Shown here piece by piece: positions 21,167-31,091 of a DNA stretch of 64,000 nucleotides. The stretch spans positions 186,001 through 250,000 of the forward strand of contig NZ_CP134949.1 of the NCBI RefSeq assembly GCF_032116555.1. The letters are read 5' to 3'. The translations under genes were made by a program, and so were the position numbers. How positions within the stretch are numbered: position 1 is the stretch's first letter; every line of letters starts with the position of its first letter. This DNA is from Halorarum halobium. Its GTDB lineage: Archaea; Halobacteriota; Halobacteria; Halobacteriales; Haloferacaceae. The notes beneath the pieces are model-generated. The model was not told the DNA's origin and did no database searches. It was given only the letters and a program-made list of their open reading frames with translations.

Positions 21167-21895
21167 TCACTCCCCGGCGTCGTCCCCGACGAGCGTCTCG
21201 TAGACCGGTGGCACGGTTTCGAGCGAGACGCGCCGCTCGTCCGGGTCGTACTCCACGACGCCGGCGTCGTCGAGCTTCGGCAGGTGCGAGTGGTGGAGCG
21301 TGAGCGCGGCGGACGAGACGGCGTCCGCAGGGGGAGCCGCGTCGCTCCCGTCGGCCGTCGAACGCTCGTCGCATCCGCCCTCCCGCAGAACGACGTCGCG
21401 GGCGAGCCCGTCGAGCGCCCGGTCCCCCTCGCCCTCGCGGAGGATTCCGACGACGTCCCGACGCCGGCCGTCGGCGGCCAGCGTCCTGGCGACCGACCCG
21501 GACCAGTCGGCAGACGCGGCCGCCTTCAGGACGTCGAACGCGAGGTCCACGTCCAGGTCCGAGGCCGGCCGGGCGAGCCGCTCCTCGCCGTCGTCCTCCC
21601 GGACGACCAGGCCGTCGTCGGCGAGCCTCGGCAGGTGGACGTGATGGAGCGACGCCCGGACCCGACGGCGACGGTCGGGCGGCACGTCGCCGATCGGTTC
21701 TCCCCCCTCTCGCGCCGCGACCCGATCCGCGAGTTCGGTCTGCGTGAGTTCGTCGTGGATCAGCAGCGTCGACAGGACGCGGCGGCGGCGGGGGACCGCC
21801 GCCGCCTCGATGAGTGATGGCTCCGCCGCGAACGACGCGTCGGTCGCGTGACCCGTTCGACCGTCGGCGGGGATCGCACGTGATGTCTCACTCAT
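21167..21895 (-). CDS. Tandem winged-HTH protein (DUF7344-like)
   Basis: Two repeats of RRRxV...LHHxHLPxLxDxGxV. Confidence 0.8.
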   Translation of the reverse strand: MSETSRAIPADGRTGHATDASFAAEPSLIEAAAVPRRRRVLSTLLIHDELTQTELADRVAAREGGEPIGDVPPDRRRRVRASLHHVHLPRLADDGLVVREDDGEERLARPASDLDVDLAFDVLKAAASADWSGSVARTLAADGRRRDVVGILREGEGDRALDGLARDVVLREGGCDERSTADGSDAAPPADAVSSAALTLHHSHLPKLDDAGVVEYDPDERRVSLETVPPVYETLVGDDAGE

Positions 21896-21988
21896 GGCTT
21901 ACCGATGCGACTCCTCGCCCTAAGTCGCATGGCCTAATTCTTTACCCCACGCCGAATCCGGGTCGAAAACCCCCCGACGGGGACCGAG

Positions 21989-24040
21989 CTAGGACGTCTC
22001 CGGCGACTCGTCGTCCTCGAACATCGCCGCGAGGAGCTTCCGTTCGGCCGCCCGGAGGTGCTGGTGGAACGTGGGCGCGGAGACACCGAGCGTCTCGGCG
22101 ACCTCCTCGCCGGAACTGTCCCGCGGCCACTCGAAGAAGCCCGCGAAGTAGGCCGCTTCGACCGCGCTCCGCTGGCGTGCGGTCAGCTCCCGGTCGAACC
22201 CCCGCTGCAGGTCGGCCACCGCCCTGTCGGAGCGTTTCGTCCGCCGCTGTGCGATCATCTCCGTCCCCGCGTACGCCGACCGCATCGACTCCATGACCGT
22301 CCGGACGCTCGCGCCGGGCGGGAGGTGGATCACGACGGTGAGCGCCGACTCCTCGATCCCGGCGCGGTGGACCCGCCCGTCGTTCTCGGCGATCGCGTCG
22401 AGAAGCGGGGAGTCCGCGATGTCGAGCTCGAAGCGGTGCTCGCCGTCGCGCTCGCTCAGCACCGTGAGCTCCTCCCACGAGGGGTCGCGGTCGCGGACCG
22501 CCCGGAGCGTCTCGATCGCGCCGCCGCTGGCGAGGCCGTACACCGCGAACCGACCGTCGCCCAGCGGGACCACGCGGTCGAAGCTGATCGACCCTTCCGG
22601 CTCCACCTTCGGGTTCACTGCCTCGAGGTAGTCCTGCACCACCACCTCCACCTCGATGACCTCCTCGCTCGTGAGCGCCTGCTTCCGCTCGATGGCCATG
22701 ACGGCGTGGCCGACGACCTCGCCGAGCTGGCCGATGACGGCCCGCTCGTCGTCGCCGAACGCGTGTCGGCGCTCCGTGTAGACGTTCAGGACGCCGTACA
22801 ACGTCCCGTCGTGGGAGAAGGGGATGGCGGCCGAGGAGCCGACGCCGTGGGCCTCGGCGTGGTCGCGCCACGGCTCGTAGTCGGGGTTTTCCGGGATGTT
22901 CCGGGCGACCTGGATGGTGCCGGTTCGGACGGCGCGGCCGGTCGGTCCCCGGCCGCGGGGGCCCTCGTCGACGGAGATATCGACGCAGTCGAGGTAGCCC
23001 TCGACGCCGGCCTCGGTGCGCACGAGCACCTCCTCGGAGGCGGGGTCGACCTCCCCGATCCACGCGAACGAGTACGAGTCGCTCCGGGCGAGCGACTGAC
23101 AGACGGCGGTTTCGAGCTCCTCGCGGGTCGTCGACTCGATCACCGTGTGGGTGATCTCCTGCACGATGGCGTTCAGCTGGTTCAACGCCGCGAGCTCCTC
23201 GCGCTGTGTCGCGAGCTGTTCCTCGCGGCGCTTCCGCGCGGTGACGTCTCTCGTGTACAGCACGATGCCGTCGATGTCGGACTCCCCGCGCAGGTCGCGC
23301 CCCCGGACCTCGAGGACGACCCACGAGCCGTCGCGGTGCTCGAACCGGAACTCGACGGTGGGGGACTCGTCCGTCTCGACCACCCGGTCGAGCGCGGCCG
23401 TCGCCCCCTCCCGGTCGTCCGGATGGACGTAGCCGAGCCCGTCGGTCCCGATCAGTTCCCCGGGCGCGTAGCCGAGCACCGATTCGACCGACGGCGTCAC
23501 GTACTGGATGGTGCCGTCGGGATCGATGACGGCGTTGACGTCGGTGGACTCCTCGATCAGCACCTCGTACCGCTTCAGCTCCCGCTGCTGGGTGTGCCGC
23601 TCGATGGCGTGGTACACCGAGCGGATGAGCACGTCGCTGTTCACCTCGTCCTTCACGAGGTACTCGTCCGCGCCGCGGCGCAGCGCCCGGATCCCCCGTT
23701 CCCGGTCGCGCAGCCCAGTCAGCACGACGACCGGCGCGTCCCCCCGCTCGAGGACCGAAGAGAGCGTCTCCAGTCCCTCGCTGTCGGGCAGATCCAGATC
23801 GAGCAGCACGACGTCGACGTCCGTCCCGGCGAGCCGTTCGAGCCCGTCGGCGAGCCGCGTCTCGTGGTGGATCGTCGGCGACGTCTCCCCGGCCGCCATC
23901 GCTTGTCCGCCGTCGGCCTCCCGGGTCCCGAGCCGGGCCGAGAGCTCGGTGGCCTCCTCAAGCAGCGCCGTGATGTAGCGCGCGTCCCCCGGATTGTCCT
24001 CGATCAGCAGCAACTGTAGCGGTCCGTCCTCGTCCATCAT
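21989..24040 (-). CDS. REC-PAS-GAF bacterio-opsin-activator (Bat)-type transcription regulator
   Basis: N-terminal receiver (LLIEDN, VLLDLDLP), PAS, GAF, C-terminal LTARQ...AYFAGFFEWPR...HLRAAERK HTH. Confidence 0.9.
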   Translation of the reverse strand: MMDEDGPLQLLLIEDNPGDARYITALLEEATELSARLGTREADGGQAMAAGETSPTIHHETRLADGLERLAGTDVDVVLLDLDLPDSEGLETLSSVLERGDAPVVVLTGLRDRERGIRALRRGADEYLVKDEVNSDVLIRSVYHAIERHTQQRELKRYEVLIEESTDVNAVIDPDGTIQYVTPSVESVLGYAPGELIGTDGLGYVHPDDREGATAALDRVVETDESPTVEFRFEHRDGSWVVLEVRGRDLRGESDIDGIVLYTRDVTARKRREEQLATQREELAALNQLNAIVQEITHTVIESTTREELETAVCQSLARSDSYSFAWIGEVDPASEEVLVRTEAGVEGYLDCVDISVDEGPRGRGPTGRAVRTGTIQVARNIPENPDYEPWRDHAEAHGVGSSAAIPFSHDGTLYGVLNVYTERRHAFGDDERAVIGQLGEVVGHAVMAIERKQALTSEEVIEVEVVVQDYLEAVNPKVEPEGSISFDRVVPLGDGRFAVYGLASGGAIETLRAVRDRDPSWEELTVLSERDGEHRFELDIADSPLLDAIAENDGRVHRAGIEESALTVVIHLPPGASVRTVMESMRSAYAGTEMIAQRRTKRSDRAVADLQRGFDRELTARQRSAVEAAYFAGFFEWPRDSSGEEVAETLGVSAPTFHQHLRAAERKLLAAMFEDDESPETS

Positions 24041-24492
24041 CGCTCCCCGTCGTCCGGAAGCCGGACGAGCGTGAACCAGAAGTCCTCGAACGACCGCACC
24101 ATCTCAACGAACTCGTCGGGCCCGATCGGCTTGGTGAGGTAGGCGTTCGTGTGCAGTTCGTAGCTGCGGACGATGTCCTCCTCGGCGGCCGAACTCGTCA
24201 GGATCACGATCGGGATGCAGGAAAGCTCGGGCTCGTCCTTGACCGTCTCCAGCACCTCGAGCCCGCCGAGCTTCGGCAGGTTCAGGTCGAGAAGTACCAG
24301 CGTCGGGCGCGGCGAGTCGTCGTACTCCCCGCGCTGGAAGAGGAAGTCGAGGGCGGCCTCGCCGTCGGTGACGACGTGCATCGTGTTGTTGATCCGGGCC
24401 GCGTCGAACGCCTCCCGCGTGAGTCGAACGTCGCCGGGGTTGTCCTCCACGAGGAGGATGTCGATCGGCTCCCCCTCGGCGGATGCGTTCAC
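24037..24492 (-). CDS. Stand-alone response regulator receiver protein
   Basis: LLVEDNPGD, LLDLNLP, LTSS, YLTKP. Confidence 0.92.
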   Translation of the reverse strand: MNASAEGEPIDILLVEDNPGDVRLTREAFDAARINNTMHVVTDGEAALDFLFQRGEYDDSPRPTLVLLDLNLPKLGGLEVLETVKDEPELSCIPIVILTSSAAEEDIVRSYELHTNAYLTKPIGPDEFVEMVRSFEDFWFTLVRLPDDGER

Positions 24493-24558
24493 GGACCGCA
24501 CCCGTCAGCCGGCGTGGTCACCGTCGCTCCGTCCGGACGGCGGCGGTCCGGGGATGTC

Positions 24559-27500
24559 TCAGCGGTCATCTTCCCTCCGAAGGGGGACGGTGAAGAAAAA
24601 GCTCGCGCCCGCGCCCGGCTCGGACTCGACCCAGATCCGCCCCCCGTGCCGCCCGACGATCTTCTCACACAGCGCCAGCCCGATCCCCGTCCCGGGGTAC
24701 TCATCGCGCGTGTGGAGCCGTCTGAACACCTCGAACACGCGCTCGGCGTACTCGGGCTCGATGCCGATGCCGTCGTCGGCGACCCGGAACACCCACTCGC
24801 CGTCGCCCCGCCGTGCGTCGATCTCGACGCGGGGCGGCTCCCCGCCCCGGTACTTCAGCGCATTCGAGACGAGGTTCCGGAACACCTGTTCGAGCTGGTT
24901 GGCGTCGGCGACGACGGTCGGCAGGTCCCCGACCGCGAGTTCGGCGTCGGTCTCCTCGATGCGCAGCCGCAGGTCCTCGCGGACGGTCCCGACCACCGCC
25001 TCGCTGTCGACCGGTTCGAACGGCTCGGCGGCCGTCTCGACGCGCGAGTACGCGAGCAGCCCGTCGATCATCTCCTTCATGCGCTCGGCGCCGTCGACGG
25101 CGAAGTCGATGAACTCGCGGGCGTCGTCGTCGAGTTCGTCCCGGTAGCGCCCCTCCAGCAGCTGGAGGTAGTTCGAGATCATCCGCAGCGGCTCCTGGAG
25201 GTCGTGGGAGGCGATGTAGGCGAACTGTTCGAGCCGCTCGTTCGACTCGCGCAGCTCCGCGACCGTCTCGTTCAGCCGCTCCTCGTACCGGGCGCGCTCG
25301 ATGGCCGTCGTCAGGACGTTCGCAACGCTCCGGACGAAGCTGGCGTCCTCGGCGGTGAACTCCGCGGCGTCGACGTCGTGGGTGGCGAGGACGCCCCACG
25401 GCCCTTCGTGCCCGCCGATGGTCGCGGTGATGCCCGCCGACACGTCGTGGTCGCCGAGGAGCGTCGACCCGTCGAACCGGGGTTCGGTCGCCAGGTCCTC
25501 GACGACGACCGGCGTCGGCGACTCTAGCGTGTACCCCGCCTGAGTTTCGACCCCGGCGTCGACGGTCGCCTCGCCGACGACCCAGTCGCGCCAGCCGACG
25601 CCCGAGCGTACCAGCAGTTCGTCGGCGGCCGCGCGGCGTTCGAGGACCGCGGCGTACTCCGTGCCGAGCGCCTCGGCGACCGTCTCGACCGCGTCCTCGA
25701 ACAGCTCCGCAGGGGACTGGCTCTCCAGGGCGCGCTGGCCCAGGTCGGCGACGGCCCGCTGCTGTCGCGCGCGGGTTTCGAGGCTCCGCTCGTACGCCTT
25801 CCGGTCGGTGAGGTCCCGAACGACGCCGACCGAACCCAGGTTCTCGCCCGTCTCCGACAGCAGGGCCGTGAACTTGCACTCGGCCGGGACGCGCTCGCCA
25901 GCCGGGGTGACGACGTCGCCCTCCAGGGTGGCCCGGTCGCGCTCGCCCCGCACCATCTCGTCGACGAGTTCGCCCGCCCGCTCGGAGACCTCGTCGTCGA
26001 TCGTGATCGAGCAGGGCTCGCCGACGAGTTCGTCCCGGGAGCGCCCGGCCAGCTCCGCGTACGCGTCGTTCACCTCCACGAACCGGAACTCGGGGTCGAG
26101 GACGTACACGCCGTCCTCGATCGTCTCGAACACCGTCTCGTACTGCGTTAGCGCCTCCTCGCGCCGCTTCCGGTCGGTGATGTCCTGGGACATCCCCATC
26201 GCGGCGACCACCTCGCCGTCGGCGTCCCTGATCGGTGCCGTGTGGACCACCCACTCCTTCCCGTCGTAGCAGACCTCCGTTCGCGCGTGCTCGCCGTCCA
26301 GCGCGGCCTCGTAGGCCCACTCGGCTCCGTCGGCCAGGTCGTCGCCGTACGCCTCCCGGTACGTCATCCCGTCCATCTCGTCGGGGTCGAGTTCGCGGTC
26401 CTCGAACGCCCCGCCCGCCGCCAGCGTAATCTGCAGGTCCCGATCGACCAGGACGACCGCGCCGTTGGGGAAGTTCTCGGCGAGCGCCCGGTAGCGCCGC
26501 TCGCTCTCCTCCAGGGCGCGCTTCCGTTCGCGGCGCTCGCCCACGTCCCGGAAGTACACCGACAGCCCCGTCTCGGACGGGTAGGCGTTGATCTCGAACC
26601 AGCCGTCGAGCGACTCGTAGGACAGCTCGAAGCTGACGGGCTCCTGGGTCTCCATCGCCCGCTCGTACCGGGCGCGGATCTCCCCCTCGTCGGCCTCCGG
26701 AAACGCCTCCCAGATGCGTTCGCCCCGCAGCTCGTCGGCCGAGCGCCGGAGGGTTTCGGCCGCCTTGTCGTTGACGTGGGTGAAGCGCCACTCCCGGTCG
26801 AGCGCGTAGAAGGCGTCGGAGATCCGACCCAGGATCTCGCTCAGCTCGGTTTCGAGTTCCCGCGTGCGCCGCTTGAGCTCGGTGATGTCGTCGCCGGTGC
26901 TGACGACCCGCTCGATCTCTCCGGCCTCGGTCGTGAGCGGGACGGCGTTCACCGAGAGCCAGCGCCGGCTCCCGTCGGGCCGTTCGACCTGGAACACCTC
27001 GTCGTACACCGGCTCGCCGCCGTCGAGCACCCGCGCGAACGGGTGTTCCCCCTCGGCCATCTCCCGACCGTCCTCGTCGTAGATCCGCCGTTCCCCCGGC
27101 GTGTACGCCTCCCGTCCGGCCCCCTCCGGCAGCCCGAGCACCGCCGCGGCCTGCTCGTTGATGCGGACGGCCTCGCCGTCCGGATCGGTGATGATGATGC
27201 CCACCTGACTCGCGTCGAGGGTCCGGTCGAGCAGGTCGCGCTCGGCCTTCAACGCCTCCTCGTACTCGCGCCGCTCGGTCAGGTCGCGGGTCACCTTCGT
27301 GAACCCCGCGAGCGCCCCGTCGTCGTCACGGACCGCGGTGAGGGTGACGTTCGCAAAGAACCGCGACCCGTCGGCCCGTACCCGCCACCCCTCGCGCTCG
27401 ACGCGCCCCTCCGAGCGGGCGATCGCCAGCATCTCGGCGGGCACGTCGTCCGCGACGTCGTCGTCGGTGTAGAAGACCGAAAGGTGCCGTCCGACGATTT

Positions 27501-27963
27501 CCTCCTCGTCGTACCCCTTGATTCGCGCCGCGCCCTCGTTCCAGCTGACGACGACGCCGTCGGGATCGAGCGCGAAGATGGCGTAGTCGGACACCGCGTC
27601 CACGAAGTCTTCGAACTGCTCTAGCACCGACGACTCCCTGCCGTTCGTCGTTTCGGCCGAGGCCGTGTCCGTCCCGTCGGCCCGCCACGGCTCCGGGTCC
27701 GTCGTCGTCCCGTCGGCCCGCTCATCGTCCGGCGATCGGTCCGGCGGTCGCCACCAGACGCGGCTCCGTGCCCCCGTCTTCTTGCTGTTCAGGTCGCCCC
27801 GCTCGCTCAACGCTTCCAGCTTCCGGTGTGCGGTCCGCCGCGTGCAGTCGAGCTCCGCGGCGACTTCGCTGGCGGTCAGAGGCGTTCCCTGGCGTTCCTG
27901 GGCGGTGAACACCGCCAGCGTGTCGGTCAGCGTGATCTCCGGCGTCGGTCCCGGCGTCGTCAT
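24559..27963 (-). CDS. HTH-5xPAS-GAF sensor histidine kinase
   Basis: N-terminal HTH (LTASEVAAELDCTRRTAHRKL), five PAS-like segments, GAF, ASHDLQEPL H-box, NLVSNALKY, DDGIGI, GTGIGL. Confidence 0.92.
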   Translation of the reverse strand: MTTPGPTPEITLTDTLAVFTAQERQGTPLTASEVAAELDCTRRTAHRKLEALSERGDLNSKKTGARSRVWWRPPDRSPDDERADGTTTDPEPWRADGTDTASAETTNGRESSVLEQFEDFVDAVSDYAIFALDPDGVVVSWNEGAARIKGYDEEEIVGRHLSVFYTDDDVADDVPAEMLAIARSEGRVEREGWRVRADGSRFFANVTLTAVRDDDGALAGFTKVTRDLTERREYEEALKAERDLLDRTLDASQVGIIITDPDGEAVRINEQAAAVLGLPEGAGREAYTPGERRIYDEDGREMAEGEHPFARVLDGGEPVYDEVFQVERPDGSRRWLSVNAVPLTTEAGEIERVVSTGDDITELKRRTRELETELSEILGRISDAFYALDREWRFTHVNDKAAETLRRSADELRGERIWEAFPEADEGEIRARYERAMETQEPVSFELSYESLDGWFEINAYPSETGLSVYFRDVGERRERKRALEESERRYRALAENFPNGAVVLVDRDLQITLAAGGAFEDRELDPDEMDGMTYREAYGDDLADGAEWAYEAALDGEHARTEVCYDGKEWVVHTAPIRDADGEVVAAMGMSQDITDRKRREEALTQYETVFETIEDGVYVLDPEFRFVEVNDAYAELAGRSRDELVGEPCSITIDDEVSERAGELVDEMVRGERDRATLEGDVVTPAGERVPAECKFTALLSETGENLGSVGVVRDLTDRKAYERSLETRARQQRAVADLGQRALESQSPAELFEDAVETVAEALGTEYAAVLERRAAADELLVRSGVGWRDWVVGEATVDAGVETQAGYTLESPTPVVVEDLATEPRFDGSTLLGDHDVSAGITATIGGHEGPWGVLATHDVDAAEFTAEDASFVRSVANVLTTAIERARYEERLNETVAELRESNERLEQFAYIASHDLQEPLRMISNYLQLLEGRYRDELDDDAREFIDFAVDGAERMKEMIDGLLAYSRVETAAEPFEPVDSEAVVGTVREDLRLRIEETDAELAVGDLPTVVADANQLEQVFRNLVSNALKYRGGEPPRVEIDARRGDGEWVFRVADDGIGIEPEYAERVFEVFRRLHTRDEYPGTGIGLALCEKIVGRHGGRIWVESEPGAGASFFFTVPLRREDDR

Positions 27964-28144
27964 ACTCCCTCCTGGTGGACCAGCACCATAACTCGTCCGT
28001 CGAAGGAAACGTTCAGTTGGGGAACTATTTCATCCGAATACTGACCGAATGCGAACGCGCGTCCATTTCGACCACGGAGACGGACGGCCGTTCGCGCTCG
28101 CCGGTCGTCGCCGCCCTCGCTCCTCCGTGGTCCCGACCCGGCGC

Positions 28145-28163
28145 TGACTAATCGGTCAGTACG
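28145..28163. promoter_or_regulatory. Putative TetR operator, copy 1
   Basis: TGAC-TAATCG-GTCA-GTACG. Confidence 0.55.
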
Positions 28164-28210
28164 CTCGATTCCCCGCGGGAACGGCGATAACGATCCCGGG
28201 CCGCCCGCTC

Positions 28211-28810
28211 TCAGCGGTCGGGCGCGAGGACGGCCCGCACGTACTCGTCGGCCGTGCGTCTCGCCGCGGCGAGCGCGTCCTCCTCCTCGAGGACGACCGC
28301 CCGGGTCCGGGCCCCGTCCACGATGGTCATGAGCGCCCGCGCGACGTGTTCGGCGTCCGCGTCCGCGAACGCGCCCTGCTTGATCCCCTGGTCGATCGCC
28401 GTCTCCAGCATGTACCGGATGTACTCGTCGTTCTGGCGGAACCGGTCGCCGAACGCCCCGGTGTAGGGTGCCTGACTCCGCATCTCCAGCATCGCGACCA
28501 GCAGTTCCCGGTGGTCCTCGAGGTCCACGAGCAGCTTGTCGAGCAGCAGGTCCAGTCGCTGTTCGGGATCGGTCGTCTCGACCTCGTGGATGGCGTCGAC
28601 GAACTGGTCGAGGACGAAGTCCAGAAACGCCGCGAGCAGGTCGTCCTTCGTGTCGTAGTGGTAGTGGATCGCGGCCGTCGACTTCCCGTACTCGTCCGCG
28701 ATCCGTTTGATCGTGAGCGCCGCGTACCCGTGTTCGCGGAGCGCGCGGTAGGTGGCACGCATGATCTCCTCCTCCTGGTCCGAGGTGGTCCGGTTCGACG
28801 GATCGGCCAT
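28211..28810 (-). CDS. TetR/AcrR family transcriptional regulator
   Basis: ATYRALREHGYAALTIKRIA...IHYHYDTKDDL. Confidence 0.92.
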   Translation of the reverse strand: MADPSNRTTSDQEEEIMRATYRALREHGYAALTIKRIADEYGKSTAAIHYHYDTKDDLLAAFLDFVLDQFVDAIHEVETTDPEQRLDLLLDKLLVDLEDHRELLVAMLEMRSQAPYTGAFGDRFRQNDEYIRYMLETAIDQGIKQGAFADADAEHVARALMTIVDGARTRAVVLEEEDALAAARRTADEYVRAVLAPDR

Positions 28811-28847
28811 CACCTGGATCGTTCAGGGTTGGCGCGGATAACAGTTT

Positions 28848-28969
28848 TGACCAATCCGTCAGTACGAGCCGCCCGTAGCGGCGACCGCTGGGTCCGCTAG
28901 ACCGGACGACCCGGAGACTCTCCCCGTGTCCTCCCGTTCCAGAACGCTTTTGACTGACTGGTCAGTAAG
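28848..28969. promoter_or_regulatory. Putative TetR operators, copies 2 and 3, in the divergent promoter region
   Basis: TGAC-CAATCC-GTCA-GTACG (28848-28866) and TGAC-TGACTG-GTCA-GTAAG (28951-28969). Confidence 0.65.
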
Positions 28970-28986
28970 TACGGGTAGCAACCGAC

Positions 28987-29586
28987 ATGGACGACGAACC
29001 AGCAACCGAGATCTTGCGGGCCACGTACCGTGCCCTCTGTACGCACGGGTACGCGAACCTCACCCTCCAGGACATCGCGGCCGAATCGGAGCTGAGCAAG
29101 GCCTCGATCCACTACCACTACGAGAGCAAGGACGAACTGTTCGCGGCGTTCCTCGAGTACCTCTACGAGCGCCACACCGACCACTTCGAATCGATCGACG
29201 GCGACTCCGCTCCCGAGCGCCTCCGGTCGCTGTTGTCGCTCCTGTTGACCGAGGAGGGCGACGCGCCGGTGACGGAGTTCGGGACGGCGATGCTCGAGGT
29301 GAAAGCACAGGCCCCGTACGACGACGCGATCAGGGCCCGACTCGAGGAGTTCGACGAACTGCTGTTCGGGCATCTCCGTGACATCCTCGCCGACGGCGTC
29401 GAGTCGGGCGCGTTCGACGACCGCGTCGAGCCCGTCCGCGATGCCGAACTCCTGACGGCGACGATCACCGGCGCACACACCCGGGAGGTCGCGATCGACC
29501 ACGGGCCAGACCGGCTGTACGAGGCGCTGACCGAGTACGAGCGGGTGCACCTCCTCGACGAGGACGCACCCGAGGTGACCCACTGA
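28987..29586 (+). CDS. TetR/AcrR family transcriptional regulator
   Basis: ATYRALCTHGYANLTLQDIA...IHYHYESKDEL. Confidence 0.92.
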   Translation: MDDEPATEILRATYRALCTHGYANLTLQDIAAESELSKASIHYHYESKDELFAAFLEYLYERHTDHFESIDGDSAPERLRSLLSLLLTEEGDAPVTEFGTAMLEVKAQAPYDDAIRARLEEFDELLFGHLRDILADGVESGAFDDRVEPVRDAELLTATITGAHTREVAIDHGPDRLYEALTEYERVHLLDEDAPEVTH

Positions 29587-31085
29587 TGGGACTCGCCGGC
29601 CGCGTCAGGTCCCTGTTCAGGGGCCCCGACGAGTTCGATCTCACCTCGGGCGGCATCGGGAAGCCGCTGCTGTTCCTCTCGCTGCCGATCGTCGTCACGA
29701 ACCTGTTCCAGACCGCCTACAACCTCGCGGACACGTTCTGGCTCGGCCAGTACAGCACCGACGCGCTGGCCGCCATCTCCTTCGCGTTCCCGATGGTGTT
29801 CCTGCTCATCTCGCTGGGGATGGGCATCTCGGTCGCGGGCAGCGTCCTCGTCGCACAGTACACCGGCGCGGGCGAGGAACGCGAGGCCGAGTACGCCGCC
29901 TCCCAGACCGTCACCTTCGCGGTCGTCGCCTCGGTCGTCCTCGGCGGGGTCGGCTACCTCTTCATCGAGGACTTCCTCGCGCTCATGGGGGCCTCGGCGG
30001 ACGTGCTGCCGCTGGCGACCGACTACATGCAGGTCATCTCGCTCGGGCTCGCGTTCATGTTCGGGTTCGCCGTCTTCATCTCGCTCATGCGGGGGTACGG
30101 CGACACGATCACGCCGATGCTCGTCATGTTCGGCTCGGTCGTGCTGAACATCGTCATCGACCCGTTCCTCATCTTCGGCTTCGAGTCGAACCCGCTGTTC
30201 GGGATGCTCGGCGCGCGCGGACTGGAAGCCAGCCTGCTCGCGGCGACCGGATACACGGGTTCCGGCATCGCCGGGGCCGCGTACGCGACCGTGTTCTCGC
30301 GGGCGCTCGCGCTGGTCGTCGGGCTCGCAATCATGTTCCGCGGGATCCGCGGCGTCCGGATCCGCCACCGAGACATGGTGCCGGACCTGCGCTACCTCCG
30401 CCGACTCTTCCGGATCGGGCTGCCCGCGTCCATCGAGGGCACCGGTCGGGCACTGTCGATGAACCTGCTGCTGTTCATCGTCGCGCTGTTCCCGGACACG
30501 GTCGTCGCCGCCTACGGGATCGGGACGCGCGTGTTCTCGGTCGTCTTCCTCCCGGCCATCGCGGTCGCCCGCGGGGTCGAGACGATGACCGGCCAGAACA
30601 TGGGTGCGGACAAGCCCGCCCGTGCCGAGCGGGCGGCCGGGCTCGCGGCGAAGGTGCTGTTCGTGGCGCTCACCGTCGGCGGGGTCGTCGTCTGGTTCGG
30701 GGCCGCGCCCATCGCCGACGTGTTCACGACCGACCCCGCGGTGGTCGCCGTCGCCGAGACGTTCCTCCGCTACGTCGCGCTCACGTTCGGCTTCATCGGC
30801 ATCATGCGGGCCTACACGGGGAGCTTCCGGGGCGCGGGCAAGACGCTCACCGCGGCGGCCATCTCCGTGCTGATGCTCGGCGTCGTCCGCTTCCCCATCG
30901 CGTGGGTGGCGGCCGGTTCGATCGGCGAGCGGGGGATCTGGCTCGCCTTCGCCGTCTCGAACGTCGTCGGCGCGGCCGTCGCGTACGCGTGGTACAGGCG
31001 CGGCACGTGGCGCGGGGGCGATCTCACCGGCGAGGACGTCGGACTCGGGGACGCCGGGATGGAGGCGTCGACGACCGACGACTGA
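29586..31085 (+). CDS. MATE family efflux transporter
   Basis: LSLPIV..NL...YNLADTFWLG, RGYGDT..PM, NIVIDP; multiple TM segments. Confidence 0.93.
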   Translation: MGLAGRVRSLFRGPDEFDLTSGGIGKPLLFLSLPIVVTNLFQTAYNLADTFWLGQYSTDALAAISFAFPMVFLLISLGMGISVAGSVLVAQYTGAGEEREAEYAASQTVTFAVVASVVLGGVGYLFIEDFLALMGASADVLPLATDYMQVISLGLAFMFGFAVFISLMRGYGDTITPMLVMFGSVVLNIVIDPFLIFGFESNPLFGMLGARGLEASLLAATGYTGSGIAGAAYATVFSRALALVVGLAIMFRGIRGVRIRHRDMVPDLRYLRRLFRIGLPASIEGTGRALSMNLLLFIVALFPDTVVAAYGIGTRVFSVVFLPAIAVARGVETMTGQNMGADKPARAERAAGLAAKVLFVALTVGGVVVWFGAAPIADVFTTDPAVVAVAETFLRYVALTFGFIGIMRAYTGSFRGAGKTLTAAAISVLMLGVVRFPIAWVAAGSIGERGIWLAFAVSNVVGAAVAYAWYRRGTWRGGDLTGEDVGLGDAGMEASTTDD

Positions 31086-31091
31086 TCGACC

